This document shows, in pieces, positions 7,366-19,000 of a stretch of 56,256 nt of DNA. The position numbers and the translations under genes are program-made. Position 1 is the stretch's first letter, and the number at the start of each line of letters is the position of its first letter. The stretch comes from a virus (Duplodnaviria > Caudoviricetes): the IMG/VR virus record IMGVR_UViG_3300042528_000130, positions 1 through 56,256 of that record. The stretch is one strand, 5' to 3'. The notes under the pieces are model-generated. The model saw only the letters and a list, made by a program, of their open reading frames with translations, did not search any database and was not told the origin of the DNA.

Positions 7366-10300
7366 GTCACGTCCCTGATTAGGGATCCGTCGTCCACTGG
7401 CGGGAACCACTTAACGATGCTCGTCGACATCATTGGCGGCGTGCCTTCAAATGAATGAGAAGAAACAAGCGGCGCGGATGTGTGCTGCTTCTCCAGGCAG
7501 TCGGACAGCCTTGGCTGTGATGATGGCCCCGAGACTGGTCGCCACAGAACGGCATCGACGACGGATCCTTGGTCGAAGAATCGGTGAGCGTTCTCAGACC
7601 AGATGTTGTCGCCGAAGGTGTATTCGTATGCGATTCTCGGCGTCACCGTGCCGTCAAACGGCCTGCGAAACTTGAGTTCAACAAAATCAAGCGTCGGCTG
7701 CTGAGACTTGTCAATGCGAGGGTAGCTGTACGGGTAGCGGTTGCCCCCCAACTCAGCGTCATAAACGTAAATGTTGAGATGCCTCATGTCGCTAATGGAC
7801 AAAGACACCTCTTCAATGTAAGGCCGGGAGTCGACAATCGTCACGGACGGAGGCGACGTGTACCCCGACCCGCCGTTTGTGACCGTGTACGAGTGGGTGC
7901 TTTTGTCATACGTCGCTTCGGCCCCTGATCCTCCCCCTCCGGAGAACAAAACAAGCGGCTCGCCTGGGCCTTTCCATTCCGCGAATGTCGGCCCAGCGAC
8001 AGATGCGACAGCTCCACACGCGATCGTCGCACTGCCAGCGGCCGGAAGCGATCCTTGTTGAGATGAGTACGAGTACGCGTCTTGAATGGTGAACAGCGGC
8101 TCTCCGCTTTCGTACCGAGAAACATAGTTCAGTCCGCCAGCGAGAGATATGACAGGCGTATCTACGTCCAGAATCTTTTCGACAGATCGTACAATAGAAA
8201 CTCCTGTGCCTCTTTCGTTTTCGAGGAATATCTCCGGGGTTCCTGCCAGAAATAGCGGAACTGTCTCGCTTATTCCTGGCCACGTCATCGCAGACTTCGA
8301 CTGCTTCAGCGACCCTCGCCATACTTGCCTGTGTTGCTCAAGCGGAAGAGTGGGCAACGGCGTGTTTGCTACAAGCCCGAACAGATTGGCAGTCTGGGAT
8401 GCTACTGTCGAGAAGCTGGCTGATAGAAAGATGTCGTTTTTTGGCGTCGGCTTCTGTGATCCAGACCCTTTGCTGCCGATGTGGTCGACGCCAAGGCAGC
8501 ACTGAGACAGTGTCGTCGTTGCACGAACTCCGATTCCGTTCTCCATGACGACGATCGGCTTCTGGATGAAGTACGTCTCTGGGAGTTCGTCCGCCTGAGA
8601 TATTCCGCCTCCGAATGCCCGAAGCGTGATCGTGCCTTCTGAGCTGCCGTCGAACGCGTAGGCAAGCCTCTCGACGTCGTCTCCGTATCCAGACCCTGCG
8701 GACTTGATGTTGACGGAAGATATCTTTCCGAGTATTCGCGACTGAGCCAGGGCCTGCGTTCCGTCTTCTGCATTCGGCTGTGCGATCGAAACGATTGGAG
8801 GATACTGATAGCCGCTGCCCTGCTTCGTGACTTCAACGTACTGAACTGAGCCGTTGATATTGCACGACAAGGCCGCGCCGCTGCCGTCTGCCGAGACTTT
8901 CGCAGTTGCCGCCGCTCCGGTTCCTCCGCCCCCAGTAAACAAGACAACAGGCGCGACTTTATATCCTGAGCCGCGATCATGCAGTGTCACGCCGGACACG
9001 ACGGCAGAGATGTTCGCTGAGGCAGCGGCACCCTCGCCGTACGTGTCGTACTCGATGCTGACGTCTGGGCTGTGCGTGTATCCTGAGCCCTTGTTTGCGA
9101 CCGATATGCTCGCAACGGAACCATTGTTGAGCGATGCCGTAGCTGTTGCGCCTGAACCTCCGCCGCCGCTTATGACTACTCGCGGAGTCGCGGAGTAGAA
9201 GGCTCCTCGCGAAACGACGATGACCTCAGAGACTTCGCCGTTGCTAATCTTCGCCACCGCAGCCGCTTCTTCCGGCCAGCGGAAGGTTACGGTTGGCGCA
9301 GAGTTGTACCCGTGGCCAGGGTCGTCGACTGAGACGCTGGTGATTTTTCCTCCAGAGACAACCGCCGACAGCTTCGCCTGCCTTCCGACAGTCTTGTCGA
9401 AGCCTCCCTCGATTGCGACTGCCGGAGGGAATGCAGAAGAGTATCCGGCTCCTCCGTTCAGGATGCTCACGCCCTGAACGACGCCCGATATCCTGCACGA
9501 CGCAGAGGCGCCAGCTCCGCTTCCTCCTGCCAGCGTGACCGTCGGCGCGGAAGTGTACCCTGCCCCAGGGCTCGTGAGCGTGATCGCAGACACTGTTTCG
9601 CGAGACGTGACAGAGATAGTCGGTGTTTCCCAGTATCTTCCACCGACGGTCACCTCGGCAGATTCCACAGACAGCGAGACTGACGCGGATGCCTTGGCTG
9701 CTCCAGAAGAAAAGGCAACGGTTGGAGGCGACGAGTATCCGTGTCCGCCTTTTGTCAAGGCAACCGACTCAACTCCGGCATCGAGAATCGCGACCGCCGC
9801 GGCTGTGCCGTAAGAAAACGTCACGGACGGCTGAGACGTGTAGCCGCTGCCGTAGTTTGTGATCACGACTCCAGACACAGAGTGCGTGCCATTTCCAGTT
9901 GAGTCAGGAACCATCACCGCAACAGCCTTGCAGCCGCTGCCGCCCCCTCCGGAGACGACAACGTCTGGAGCTGCCAGATACCCGCTGCCCTGAGACGTGA
10001 CGAGGATATCCGAGACGACGCCCTTAATTGACGCGATTGCTTCCGCGCCGGAGCCGTCTCCGTAGAAAACGACAGACGGAGGCGTCGAGTACCCAGACCC
10101 TCCGTCCTCAAGCCTTACGGCGTCGACGTACCCCTTCAGGTTCGCCACTGCCTTCGCTGGCATGCCTGGGCGAGAAAATCTCAGAAGCGGCTGAGTTCTG
10201 TAGCCCTGTCCGGCAGAATCTACTGCTATTTGATGCACAGGCCCGCAGATGTGCGCGACCGCCTCTCCGCCTGAGCCGCCGTCTCCGTCTCTTGCTTCGA

Positions 10301-13300
10301 TCGTCACGTCCGGAGGCGACGTGTATCCGCTTCCTTTCTCGGCGACTCCAATCGCAATGAGCTTGCCGTCTATCGTCACTTCAATTTCGGCGACGCCAGC
10401 GACCTGTTCGATCTTGCACAATGGCGGCAGCGTGAGCGACTCGCCAGGAGCCGTCACGCTCAGCTCAATCTCGCTGTTGATTCTTGCGATAATTCCGTCA
10501 GTTACCCAAACAGAGCCGTCATCTTTCGCGGCAGACGTGGCGTATCTATCGACAGAAAGAGTGGGCTCGAAATCCCCGTCGCGAGTCGCTGCCACCGAAA
10601 TAAACCCATCCGTCTCTGCTCCTCCGGGCTGCGAGCCGTCTGGCGACAGAAGCCTGCGGAACTCTCCGGACTTCGTCACGCCGCCGAGCGGCGGATTTGC
10701 CGACGCCCATGTCTCCCCGGTTAGGCGGCATATTTTTTTCCACGCGCCGTGGCTCGATCTTCCGAGCGAGGGGGTGATTTCGACGACCTGAAACTCAGCG
10801 CCGGAGCCGGTGCCGCTCAGCACCGACAGAGACGGCACCGACAGAGACGCGACAAAAAAGAAAAACGGGAGCGCAACGATCCTGCCGTGCTTGTCTACGG
10901 CAAGGCCGGAAACATAAATCACTGTTGCTTGCTCTTCGCCAAGCGACCCAGACGTATACGTGGTTGTGTAGAACTTCTGGCCTCCTCCGCATGGAACGTC
11001 AGGGCCTTCATCAACAGTATACGTCGCGTCGTTGTTCACGACCGGGCGAGAGTAGCTGATCTCGATCCTGTCTGTCGAGAGATATCCGCTTCCAGAAGAC
11101 TTGAGAGATACCGCGTACTGCTTCAGTTGCTTGGCGTCGAGAACTTCTGTGAATTCCGCGGGGGCGCCGCCGGGGGACTGAAGCTCTAGGTCTCCGCCGA
11201 TAACATTTGTCTTGGTTGTCACCCTGGTCTGAAGAAGACGCGGCGAGGCATTAAATGGCCAAAAGCGGTCACTGCCTTCTCCGCTTGCATATTCAGAAAA
11301 GCCAGGAAGACCAAACGACCACAGCGTTCCGTCTTCGCAGAGAATCGCGTATGCGAGGCCGTCGCCTCGCGAGCCTCGCACGACGGCCCGAGCAGATCCA
11401 TCCGGCCCTTCGATGAGTGCCGTGATGTGAAATGGGTCGCTTCCGTCTAGCGAGTGGTATGACACGCTCGGCTCTGTCAGATATCCGATGTTTTGTGGCG
11501 TGTTCAGAACCGGCGAGACGTAGTACCTCGTGGTCGTCTGTTTTGGCTTCTCCGAAAACACTGCCGCGATATGCCTGCCTGTCTCTGGAGAGCCTAAACT
11601 AGCTCCTTCATACACCAGCCATTTGGGAAGTCTCGGTTCGCCAGACGTGAATCCGACCTCCGGCGGAGAGGCAATGATCTGCCTGCTCACCCCTCGGACG
11701 TCGCCAAGCCTGTCGTCTGGGGTCTGGTCGCAGTAGAAGACGGCGGAGCTGCCGACGCGGGTTGGCTCGGTCAGGATAGTTGAGCCGCCAGACTCAAGGC
11801 CGACGGCGCCCCACTGATACACATTGCCGTCTTTGATCGCGACAGTCTTTAAAAACGGCTCTCCAAAAAAACGCCGCCCGATCACTTCGACGCTCGTCCA
11901 GCCGACGTCATTGCCGACCCTGCGAGGCCGATCAATATCGCGATGCCATGCACCGCCACCTTCGTAGACAAGACTTCCTGGCCCGTAGTAAATCCTCGGG
12001 CGAGACGAGTAGCCATAGCCCGGAGACTTGACTTTGATCTCAGTGATATAAACGTAGCCGTCAATGTCTTCCAGGACAGCCTCAAGCTCGGCAGGGGTCG
12101 CCTTGACGCCGTCTTTGTCTGTGTCGGGAACTGCAAACGGCTTCCTGTGGATAGCCTTGCATTTTGGCCTGAAGTCGGACTTGAGCAGATCCTCGCTAGT
12201 TCCGTCCCATTTGACCGGGTAGCTCGGGTATGGATACTCGCTCGCGATAGACGTCTGAATGCTCTCTGTATACCAGTCCGCCGTGATGCTGCACTCGACC
12301 GGGGGGAGCGGCGGATGCGCGTTGTATTCTGCCTTCGATGTGTCAAGAGTTGCGAATCCGAGCGACGTCATCACGATGGCTTGCGTCGCGTCTCCGCGAA
12401 GCAGCGATATCTGCGGAAGCGACCCGATCGAGTACGCTTCGTGCGGAGTAGATGAGAGGCTCAGCTCGCCGATTTCCGTGCATCCGTCCGGAACGGGAAA
12501 CATAAAATATATCCACAGATCGTAAGTCCGGAGCTGAGACCCGTTCTGCTGCTCGCAAAGATTTCTTGGATGCGCAGCCAGATACCCAGAGAGCTTCGTG
12601 GCCTTGCTCTTCCTTCGGCGAGTGATCGTCTGCCGTGGCGGGAAAAGTATTCCTGATTTCTTTTCCTGGACACCGCTGAAGTGAACCGAACCATCTTCTC
12701 GCGTTTCTTGCGAGACGCTGCACGAAGTTCCCGCCACGTCGAGTTCGTACTCGTAGTGCGAATCTGCAAGATCTCCTGCCGTGACTGAGCCAAGCGCTAC
12801 CGTTCTCGGCACGGTTTCGCCAGTACAGTCCTGCATCCTCCACGCTGGCAGTCGTCCGCCGATGCGGCCGCCAACTTTGATCGGACTGCTGATGCGTATC
12901 GAGTGCAGCGACCCAACCCCAAGGACAGCATCTCCGACCGTTGCCTTCTGCGAAGCCGTTGGGTATCTGCTGGCCGAGATCGCCTTTGCTTCGCCGACAG
13001 CGCCTCCGCCGAGAGACGGAACAACAGGCGTGAACGCGAGGTCGAACTCTTGTGGGTAGCCAGTGCCTGGGTTGGTGACGCGAACGGCTGTGACCTGTCC
13101 GAGCGAGTCGACCTCGGCGGCAAACGCGGCGCCTGTCCCGCTGCTCGACGCCGCGGTCACGAATGGAGGAGTCGGCCCGAAGTATCCGCAGCCGCCGGAC
13201 GTGAGTTCAATCCGAGAGATGCCTCGATTGGCGTCGAGGACGGCGACGGCGGATGCCCCCTGTCCTCTGCCAGGAGAGACAGGCTCGAAAAAGACAGGAG

Positions 13301-14678
13301 GCGGGGCGAAGTATCCATCGCCTGGGCTCGTGACATTGATCGCAACAACCCTTCCGTCTTCGACCACGGCGTTGGCAGCAGCCCCTCCGCCGAGATATCC
13401 GGAGAATGACACGGAAGTTCCGGAGGCGCCGTAACCGCTTCCTGGGTTCACAACGCGAACCCCGACGACCATCCCGTTCGGATCGACGACGGCAACTGCC
13501 GCCGCGCCGGAGCCCGTTCCGGAGACCGAAACGCTCGCGTACGGCGATCCGTATCCGCTCCCTGCGGACGTGACTTCGACTGAGGTTACAGATCCACTGC
13601 TGTCAACGTACGCAACTGCCGATGCTCCGTCGCCAGACTGGTCGAACTTTACTGAAGGCGATGACGGAGCGAAGTAGCCCTTACCAGACAGGCTGACTTT
13701 TGTCTCGTAGACCTTCCCTATGCACGGCGGAGGGTCGCACCAAGCTCGCATAGAGTAAGTCGGCCTAAACGCAATTGGGAACAGCCTTGGACTGTATCCT
13801 CGGCCTGGATTTATGACGTCGACTCTCTCCAGGCTTGACTCGATGTGGGCTCTCGCCGTGCATCCGCTTCCTCCGCCTCCAGATATCGCGACCGAAGGCT
13901 CCGCTTCGTACGCCCCGCCAGACGTCACCCGAATGTGAGTAACAGACCCGCCGATGATGACGGCCTCTGCTGATGCGCCGGGCGGAGAAAACTCGACGAG
14001 CGGCGGCGAGGTGTACCCACTTCCGCCATTTATTACTTCAACGAAGTAGACATACTGCGGAAGAAGAACCGGATTAAACTCGGCATGTTCTCCGTCGTCG
14101 TTAATGAAAAACTGCGCAAGGTCGACGGACAGGCCTGATGAAGATAGCTTTACTGCCTTTGCTGCCTCAAGTTCACCTGCGCCGTAGTAATACACTGGAT
14201 AAAAAGGATCTATCGCATTGAGTGTCACTCGATCAATCGGGCAGTCGAGCCGAACGTCGCCTTCGGCGATGGCAAGCCATTCGGTCGTGCTGCCCCACGT
14301 GCCTCCCCAATCGTCAAGTTCGCCGTCGCCTCTTGTGCTTCCCCACGTCCACAGCGATCCGTCGGCCTTGATGCCAGCAGCGGCAGTGTCGTATTCGCCT
14401 GAAACCCAAATCCACGGGCCAGCATCGAAGAAGGTTATCTTCTCGTCAGGCCCCCATCTCCAGAGACTGCCGTCCTGGCGAATGCCGTAGCTGTCCTTGA
14501 GGAGAACCCAGCCGTCTGATTGCCGCTCGATCCAGGGCGGCGTGCCACTGAGCGGCGCGAACTGACGATGGCTGAACTTCTCTGTGACACCAGGGTGCTG
14601 CCTCGGAATCGAGGACGGCTCGCTGATGTAGGCCCGCGCGCCGCAGCACTTCTCTCCGCAGTAGTACCATAAGCTCAC
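7362..14678 (-). CDS. giant tail fibre/baseplate protein (~2440 aa) with Gly-rich beta-sandwich repeats and RCC1-like segments
   Basis: Many V...GSGYTSxPxV...GGGGSGAxA repeats; IKADGSLWTWG and DGTLWSFG RCC1-like blades; likely GTG start at 14678 just after the upstream stop (the ORF-track start at 14945 overlaps another gene). Confidence 0.8.
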   Translation of the reverse strand: MSLWYYCGEKCCGARAYISEPSSIPRQHPGVTEKFSHRQFAPLSGTPPWIERQSDGWVLLKDSYGIRQDGSLWRWGPDEKITFFDAGPWIWVSGEYDTAAAGIKADGSLWTWGSTRGDGELDDWGGTWGSTTEWLAIAEGDVRLDCPIDRVTLNAIDPFYPVYYYGAGELEAAKAVKLSSSGLSVDLAQFFINDDGEHAEFNPVLLPQYVYFVEVINGGSGYTSPPLVEFSPPGASAEAVIIGGSVTHIRVTSGGAYEAEPSVAISGGGGSGCTARAHIESSLERVDVINPGRGYSPRLFPIAFRPTYSMRAWCDPPPCIGKVYETKVSLSGKGYFAPSSPSVKFDQSGDGASAVAYVDSSGSVTSVEVTSAGSGYGSPYASVSVSGTGSGAAAVAVVDPNGMVVGVRVVNPGSGYGASGTSVSFSGYLGGGAAANAVVEDGRVVAINVTSPGDGYFAPPPVFFEPVSPGRGQGASAVAVLDANRGISRIELTSGGCGYFGPTPPFVTAASSSGTGAAFAAEVDSLGQVTAVRVTNPGTGYPQEFDLAFTPVVPSLGGGAVGEAKAISASRYPTASQKATVGDAVLGVGSLHSIRISSPIKVGGRIGGRLPAWRMQDCTGETVPRTVALGSVTAGDLADSHYEYELDVAGTSCSVSQETREDGSVHFSGVQEKKSGILFPPRQTITRRRKSKATKLSGYLAAHPRNLCEQQNGSQLRTYDLWIYFMFPVPDGCTEIGELSLSSTPHEAYSIGSLPQISLLRGDATQAIVMTSLGFATLDTSKAEYNAHPPLPPVECSITADWYTESIQTSIASEYPYPSYPVKWDGTSEDLLKSDFRPKCKAIHRKPFAVPDTDKDGVKATPAELEAVLEDIDGYVYITEIKVKSPGYGYSSRPRIYYGPGSLVYEGGGAWHRDIDRPRRVGNDVGWTSVEVIGRRFFGEPFLKTVAIKDGNVYQWGAVGLESGGSTILTEPTRVGSSAVFYCDQTPDDRLGDVRGVSRQIIASPPEVGFTSGEPRLPKWLVYEGASLGSPETGRHIAAVFSEKPKQTTTRYYVSPVLNTPQNIGYLTEPSVSYHSLDGSDPFHITALIEGPDGSARAVVRGSRGDGLAYAILCEDGTLWSFGLPGFSEYASGEGSDRFWPFNASPRLLQTRVTTKTNVIGGDLELQSPGGAPAEFTEVLDAKQLKQYAVSLKSSGSGYLSTDRIEISYSRPVVNNDATYTVDEGPDVPCGGGQKFYTTTYTSGSLGEEQATVIYVSGLAVDKHGRIVALPFFFFVASLSVPSLSVLSGTGSGAEFQVVEITPSLGRSSHGAWKKICRLTGETWASANPPLGGVTKSGEFRRLLSPDGSQPGGAETDGFISVAATRDGDFEPTLSVDRYATSAAKDDGSVWVTDGIIARINSEIELSVTAPGESLTLPPLCKIEQVAGVAEIEVTIDGKLIAIGVAEKGSGYTSPPDVTIEARDGDGGSGGEAVAHICGPVHQIAVDSAGQGYRTQPLLRFSRPGMPAKAVANLKGYVDAVRLEDGGSGYSTPPSVVFYGDGSGAEAIASIKGVVSDILVTSQGSGYLAAPDVVVSGGGGSGCKAVAVMVPDSTGNGTHSVSGVVITNYGSGYTSQPSVTFSYGTAAAVAILDAGVESVALTKGGHGYSSPPTVAFSSGAAKASASVSLSVESAEVTVGGRYWETPTISVTSRETVSAITLTSPGAGYTSAPTVTLAGGSGAGASASCRISGVVQGVSILNGGAGYSSAFPPAVAIEGGFDKTVGRQAKLSAVVSGGKITSVSVDDPGHGYNSAPTVTFRWPEEAAAVAKISNGEVSEVIVVSRGAFYSATPRVVISGGGGSGATATASLNNGSVASISVANKGSGYTHSPDVSIEYDTYGEGAAASANISAVVSGVTLHDRGSGYKVAPVVLFTGGGGTGAAATAKVSADGSGAALSCNINGSVQYVEVTKQGSGYQYPPIVSIAQPNAEDGTQALAQSRILGKISSVNIKSAGSGYGDDVERLAYAFDGSSEGTITLRAFGGGISQADELPETYFIQKPIVVMENGIGVRATTTLSQCCLGVDHIGSKGSGSQKPTPKNDIFLSASFSTVASQTANLFGLVANTPLPTLPLEQHRQVWRGSLKQSKSAMTWPGISETVPLFLAGTPEIFLENERGTGVSIVRSVEKILDVDTPVISLAGGLNYVSRYESGEPLFTIQDAYSYSSQQGSLPAAGSATIACGAVASVAGPTFAEWKGPGEPLVLFSGGGGSGAEATYDKSTHSYTVTNGGSGYTSPPSVTIVDSRPYIEEVSLSISDMRHLNIYVYDAELGGNRYPYSYPRIDKSQQPTLDFVELKFRRPFDGTVTPRIAYEYTFGDNIWSENAHRFFDQGSVVDAVLWRPVSGPSSQPRLSDCLEKQHTSAPLVSSHSFEGTPPMMSTSIVKWFPPVDDGSLIRDVT

Positions 14679-14679
14679 G

Positions 14680-15021
14680 TCAGCACCCCACGGAAATAAG
14701 CACATCTCCAGAGACCAGACAGACTCTGTGAGCAGAAGAGAACGCGATGTTCGGAAACAGAACATTCTGCACCTGAGCAGTGGCAGACGTGTTCTCTGCG
14801 TACGTGACTTGCTTCCACTGAAGAATAGTCCAGGCGCCGGTGAACAGGCACTTCTGAACTCCTCCTCCTCCTCCGCCAGCCGCTCTCGGCAGTGAGCTGG
14901 GGCTCCCCCCGCGCCGCGCTCTCTCGTAGCCCGACACAGCGGCATTGATCCGCTGCGCGTCTTGATGCGTGAACGAGACGAGCTGATTTCCCTTATTCGC
15001 CGGAATGTTCTTCCGCTTCAT
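14680..15021 (-). CDS. small tail protein
   Basis: MKRKNIP... reads on the minus strand (CAT at 15019-21, TCA at 14680-82); the ORF track labels it + in error. Confidence 0.7.
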   Translation of the reverse strand: MKRKNIPANKGNQLVSFTHQDAQRINAAVSGYERARRGGSPSSLPRAAGGGGGGVQKCLFTGAWTILQWKQVTYAENTSATAQVQNVLFPNIAFSSAHRVCLVSGDVLISVGC

Positions 15022-15027
15022 CGCGAA

Positions 15028-16008
15028 TCACCATCCGAGATAGTTGTACGAACCGTACCCGCTGTACCCCGGCGGCGCGGCGTCTGGAATCGGCTCGAAC
15101 ACGCCGACGAACGGCAGCGTCTTGTAGATCCGAAACGTCAGCATGTCAGGCGGCTGGCCTGGAGTCTTCGCTCGGCCCTGACGAAGAGCAGCCGGTTCGC
15201 TGACGGGCTCACTTCCGGCGAGAATCTTCTTTCGCTGCCCGCCGACGATCTCGTTGAATCCGACGTCCCAAGTCTGCAAGTCCCAGCCAGTGTCTCGGTA
15301 CGCGAGAGTGACATTTGTCTCCCAGTAGTAGACCTTCCACGGCGGAACATCGGGCGTGTCGCCTGGTATGGACTCGAACTTTCTGTTCGCCGTGATCGAC
15401 TGGCACTTCCAAGTCTTGGGCTGACCGCCGCTCCAAGTGTCAGAGTTAATCGCCCCGACGTACTGCTGGGCTCGCTGGAAATTAAATGGCGGCGCCTGAT
15501 TGAACGAGATCGTGACCGTGAACTCAGCTTCGTCTCTGTCTAGCCCCGAGAGCGGGTCTCCAGCACTGTTGACGATGATCTCTTTCGTGCTGTTGTCGTT
15601 CGCGTTCTTGTAGTACCAGAAGCACGGAGCAGACGCGAGCGAGCCGGAGAACTGAAACTGCGCAGGCCTGAGCCACGGAATCTTGTCGTTCTCGTCGAGC
15701 CAGCGGTACGAGTACGTGACCTTGTAGTGAAACGGCGAGTCGCCGTCCTGCTGAGTGTTCGACTCAACGAGACGGGCGCTTGCGTCAGTCGGGTACGGGT
15801 CTCTCCATGCAATCCCAGGCGAAGCCGCTACGAAACTGAGGTTCGGCTTGACCGTATTCGTCCGCACCAGAAACACTCGCGTGTACTGCGGCGTGCCTTC
15901 GAGGTTCGCCGTGCGGGACTGTCCGCGATACAGTTCGCGGCAGTCGACGATTCCGGCAAGCGGAGGACTTGGCACCCACGGCGGGCCGAGCGAATTTGGT
16001 TCTGGCAT
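15028..16008 (-). CDS. tail/baseplate hub-like protein following the tape measure
   Basis: Position; YTRVFLV, IVNSAGDP and GAINSDTW motifs. Confidence 0.7.
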   Translation of the reverse strand: MPEPNSLGPPWVPSPPLAGIVDCRELYRGQSRTANLEGTPQYTRVFLVRTNTVKPNLSFVAASPGIAWRDPYPTDASARLVESNTQQDGDSPFHYKVTYSYRWLDENDKIPWLRPAQFQFSGSLASAPCFWYYKNANDNSTKEIIVNSAGDPLSGLDRDEAEFTVTISFNQAPPFNFQRAQQYVGAINSDTWSGGQPKTWKCQSITANRKFESIPGDTPDVPPWKVYYWETNVTLAYRDTGWDLQTWDVGFNEIVGGQRKKILAGSEPVSEPAALRQGRAKTPGQPPDMLTFRIYKTLPFVGVFEPIPDAAPPGYSGYGSYNYLGW

Positions 16009-16026
16009 GTGTGCGTGTCCGTACTA

Positions 16027-19000
16027 TTACTTGGCCGAGAGCTGAGCGATGACTGGAGCTGCGTCAGGCTCCTGCTGCGCCTCGGCAAGAAGCCGCGTGT
16101 TGCGAGCGATCTCAAGCTGAGCCTTCAGCGACGGGTTGTCGTTGCCGCGGAGAATCCTGAAGAACGTGTCGACGCCAGCCTTGCTGCGGGTGTCGGACGA
16201 GTCGATCTGGCGACGGTCTTGGGCGACGTTGTCGAGGGCGGGCTTCATGCCCTCCTGAAGGTCTGCCTGAAGGTTCATCTTCCGGCTGGCGAACTCCTTG
16301 TCGTCGATGACTCCTGACGTGCGAAGCTCTTCGAGCTGCTTCATCGAGTCCTTGAACTGCGAGAGCGGGTCTTCAGGATCAGCTCCAGGCATCGCCTTAT
16401 TCATCTCGTTCATGGCGAGCCGGTACTTCTCTGGGTCGGCCGAGCCGCCGACGCCGTACGCTTCCTCGATCTGCTTCTTGCGGTCTGCCATCTGCGACGC
16501 GAAGTTCTTGGCCTCGCCGCCAGCGCCGAGGGCCTCGTCTCGCTTCTTAAGTGCCGCCTGTTCGGCCTGCTTTCTCTGCTCGGCGCTGATCTTCTTGTTC
16601 GGGTCAGTTGAGTTTGCTGCCTCTTCGATCTTCGCCATCTGCTCTTCAAAGACTTGCTGCGGCGATTTCTCTATCCCAAGAGACTGGAGCAGCGAGTCGC
16701 GAGCTTCTTTTACGGCCCGATCGAAGAGTTCCAAGTCTTCCTTGTTGCCTTTGAGAGCGTCTCGCACCTCGTCGATCGACTTGCCAGACAGGCCAAACTT
16801 GTCTGCAATCGAGTCGATCTGGCCAGAGAACTGCTCAAACGGGGTCTTGGTGACGCCAATCGCAGACATGAACGAGTCTGCGATGGCGCGATTCGCCTGG
16901 GCAGCTTCTTCAGCCGAGAGATTCAGGCCCTGGAGCTTGCGAATCGACTCTTCACGGACTTGCATGGCCGACTTCTCGATGCCGACAGACTGCAAGACAG
17001 AGTCGCGGTTTTTCTTGAGGGCTTCTTGCAGCTCGGCGCCTTCCAGGCCAGACGCACGAATCTGGGCCTCGCCAGCCGCAAGCTGCTGTGCGGGAGTTGC
17101 GTCGAGGCCCGCGGCCTTTCTTCGGTCGATCGCCAGTGCGTTCTCTGCAATCGCCTTCTTGGCTGGGTCTGCGGCGAACGCTTCGTTGATCTGGGCCTGC
17201 CGTTGAGCGAACTGGCTTCGCATGTCTGCCGGAACGCCGAGAGACTCGTCTCGCTTCCTGAGCGCTGCATCGCGAGCCTGCGCGGCTTCTTGTGCTGTGA
17301 TCCGCTTTGCCGGATCCGTTGCGTTCGCAGCCTCGTCGATCTTCGCCATCTGCTCTTCAAAGACTTGCTGCGGACTCTTCTCGACGCCCAGAGACTGGAG
17401 CAGGGCGTCGCGGGCGTTCTTGACGGCACTCTCGAAGATCGCGAGCTGCTCAGCGTTCCCGGCGAGGTTCTTCCTGACCTCTTCGAGCGGCTGGCCTGTC
17501 ATGCCGAACTGCTTCGCAATGTCGGCCGAACGACTGGCGAACTCTTGGAACGGAGTCTTCGTTGCGCCGACAGACGACGCGAAGTCGTCCATTGCCTTGC
17601 TGAGTTCGTATGCTTCTGTCTCGGCAGAGATGAGGCCGGAGTTCCGGGCCTGCGAGAGGTTCTGAGTTCGCTCCGTGAGCTGCGCCTGCGCGGACTCGCC
17701 GATGAGCTGCTTTCTCGCGTCGTCTTTGATCTGAGTGCTGGCCTGCTCTTTTTGCAGCGGCGTCAGCTCCGAGTTAAGCGCGACCTTCGTGAGTTCCTTT
17801 TCCATCTTCTGGATCGGAGACAGGAACGCGTCTTCGAGCTTCCTGCGAATCTCATCTGCGAAGTCAAGGTCGACCTTCAGTCTGGCGTTCTTTCTGTCGA
17901 GGTCTCTCTGCACGTCCTCGACGGCAATGGATGCCTGCTCTTGCGCGGACGTGCTATCGAGTTCAGCGCGGATGCGGACGAACTCTTCGCGGCTAATCTT
18001 GCCGGTGTCGAAGTCCTGCTGATTTTGGTCTCTTCTGGCGTCAAGCTCTTGCTGGAATCCGCCAGACGCAAGCTTTTGCTTGATCTCATCAAGAGCCTGC
18101 GAATACTCGTCGGCGTACTGCTTGGCGCGTGCTTTAACTTCTTCCGAGCGAGGGAAGAACGAGTCTTCAATCTGCACTCCAGCAGACAGATCCCTGGCTG
18201 ACTTTGCCGCCTGCTTCACTGCACCGTCGAGTTCCTTGAAAACCTCTAGGTTTCGCTTCAGCGTCTCTTCTGGGCTTCCGCTCGCGATTGCGTCGAGGCT
18301 CTCGCTGAGAGAATCTGCCAGCTCTGCGGACTGAGCCTCGAACTCTTCGGCGGAAATCTTTCCATCAGCAAGACTTCTTTGAAGCTCGTTGAACTCCTCC
18401 GAAGACTTGGATGCAGCGTCTGCTCCGGCTTGGCCAAACTTGGCGGCGCGAATACTGAGATCGGCGAACTCTCCGCGAGCTTCTTCGATCGTGGCGACAA
18501 TCGCAGAAAAGCCGACAGGTTCTTCAATCTCGAAGCCCATGTCCGCCATCGCGGCCTGGGCCTCTGTCTTCATCTGCTCGATCTGCTGCTCAGTTGCGCC
18601 AGCAGCCCTTGCGACGGCCTCGATGTCTTTCAGGAATCCAGGCTCTCCTGTCGACTGGTTCGCAGCAGCAGCCTCTGCAAGCTGCTCCACGCTCGCTGTC
18701 GCGCCGTCGATCTTAGCTGTGCCTTCGCCCCATCCGCTGAAGAACTCGGCAACTCCTGAGCCGACGGCCCACAGGGCCGCGATCCCGACGGCGGCAAGCT
18801 CAACGGCGCCGATCAGCAGGCCGAGCGGGCCGAGCGCAAAAAGCCACGCGACGTGCATGGCGGCAGCGCTCGCAATTGTCGCCGCTGTTGCCGTTATGAG
18901 AGATGCGAGATAGACGCCGATTGCGGCAACCGCCACGCCGACCAGGGACGCAGCGATGGCGACTCCGGCCGCGACCCACGCGGCGGCAGTGCGAACCGCT

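Noticed and set aside
14680-15021. ORF-track entry labelled + strand
   Set aside because: The given translation matches the reverse complement (CAT at 15019-21), so it is reported as minus strand.
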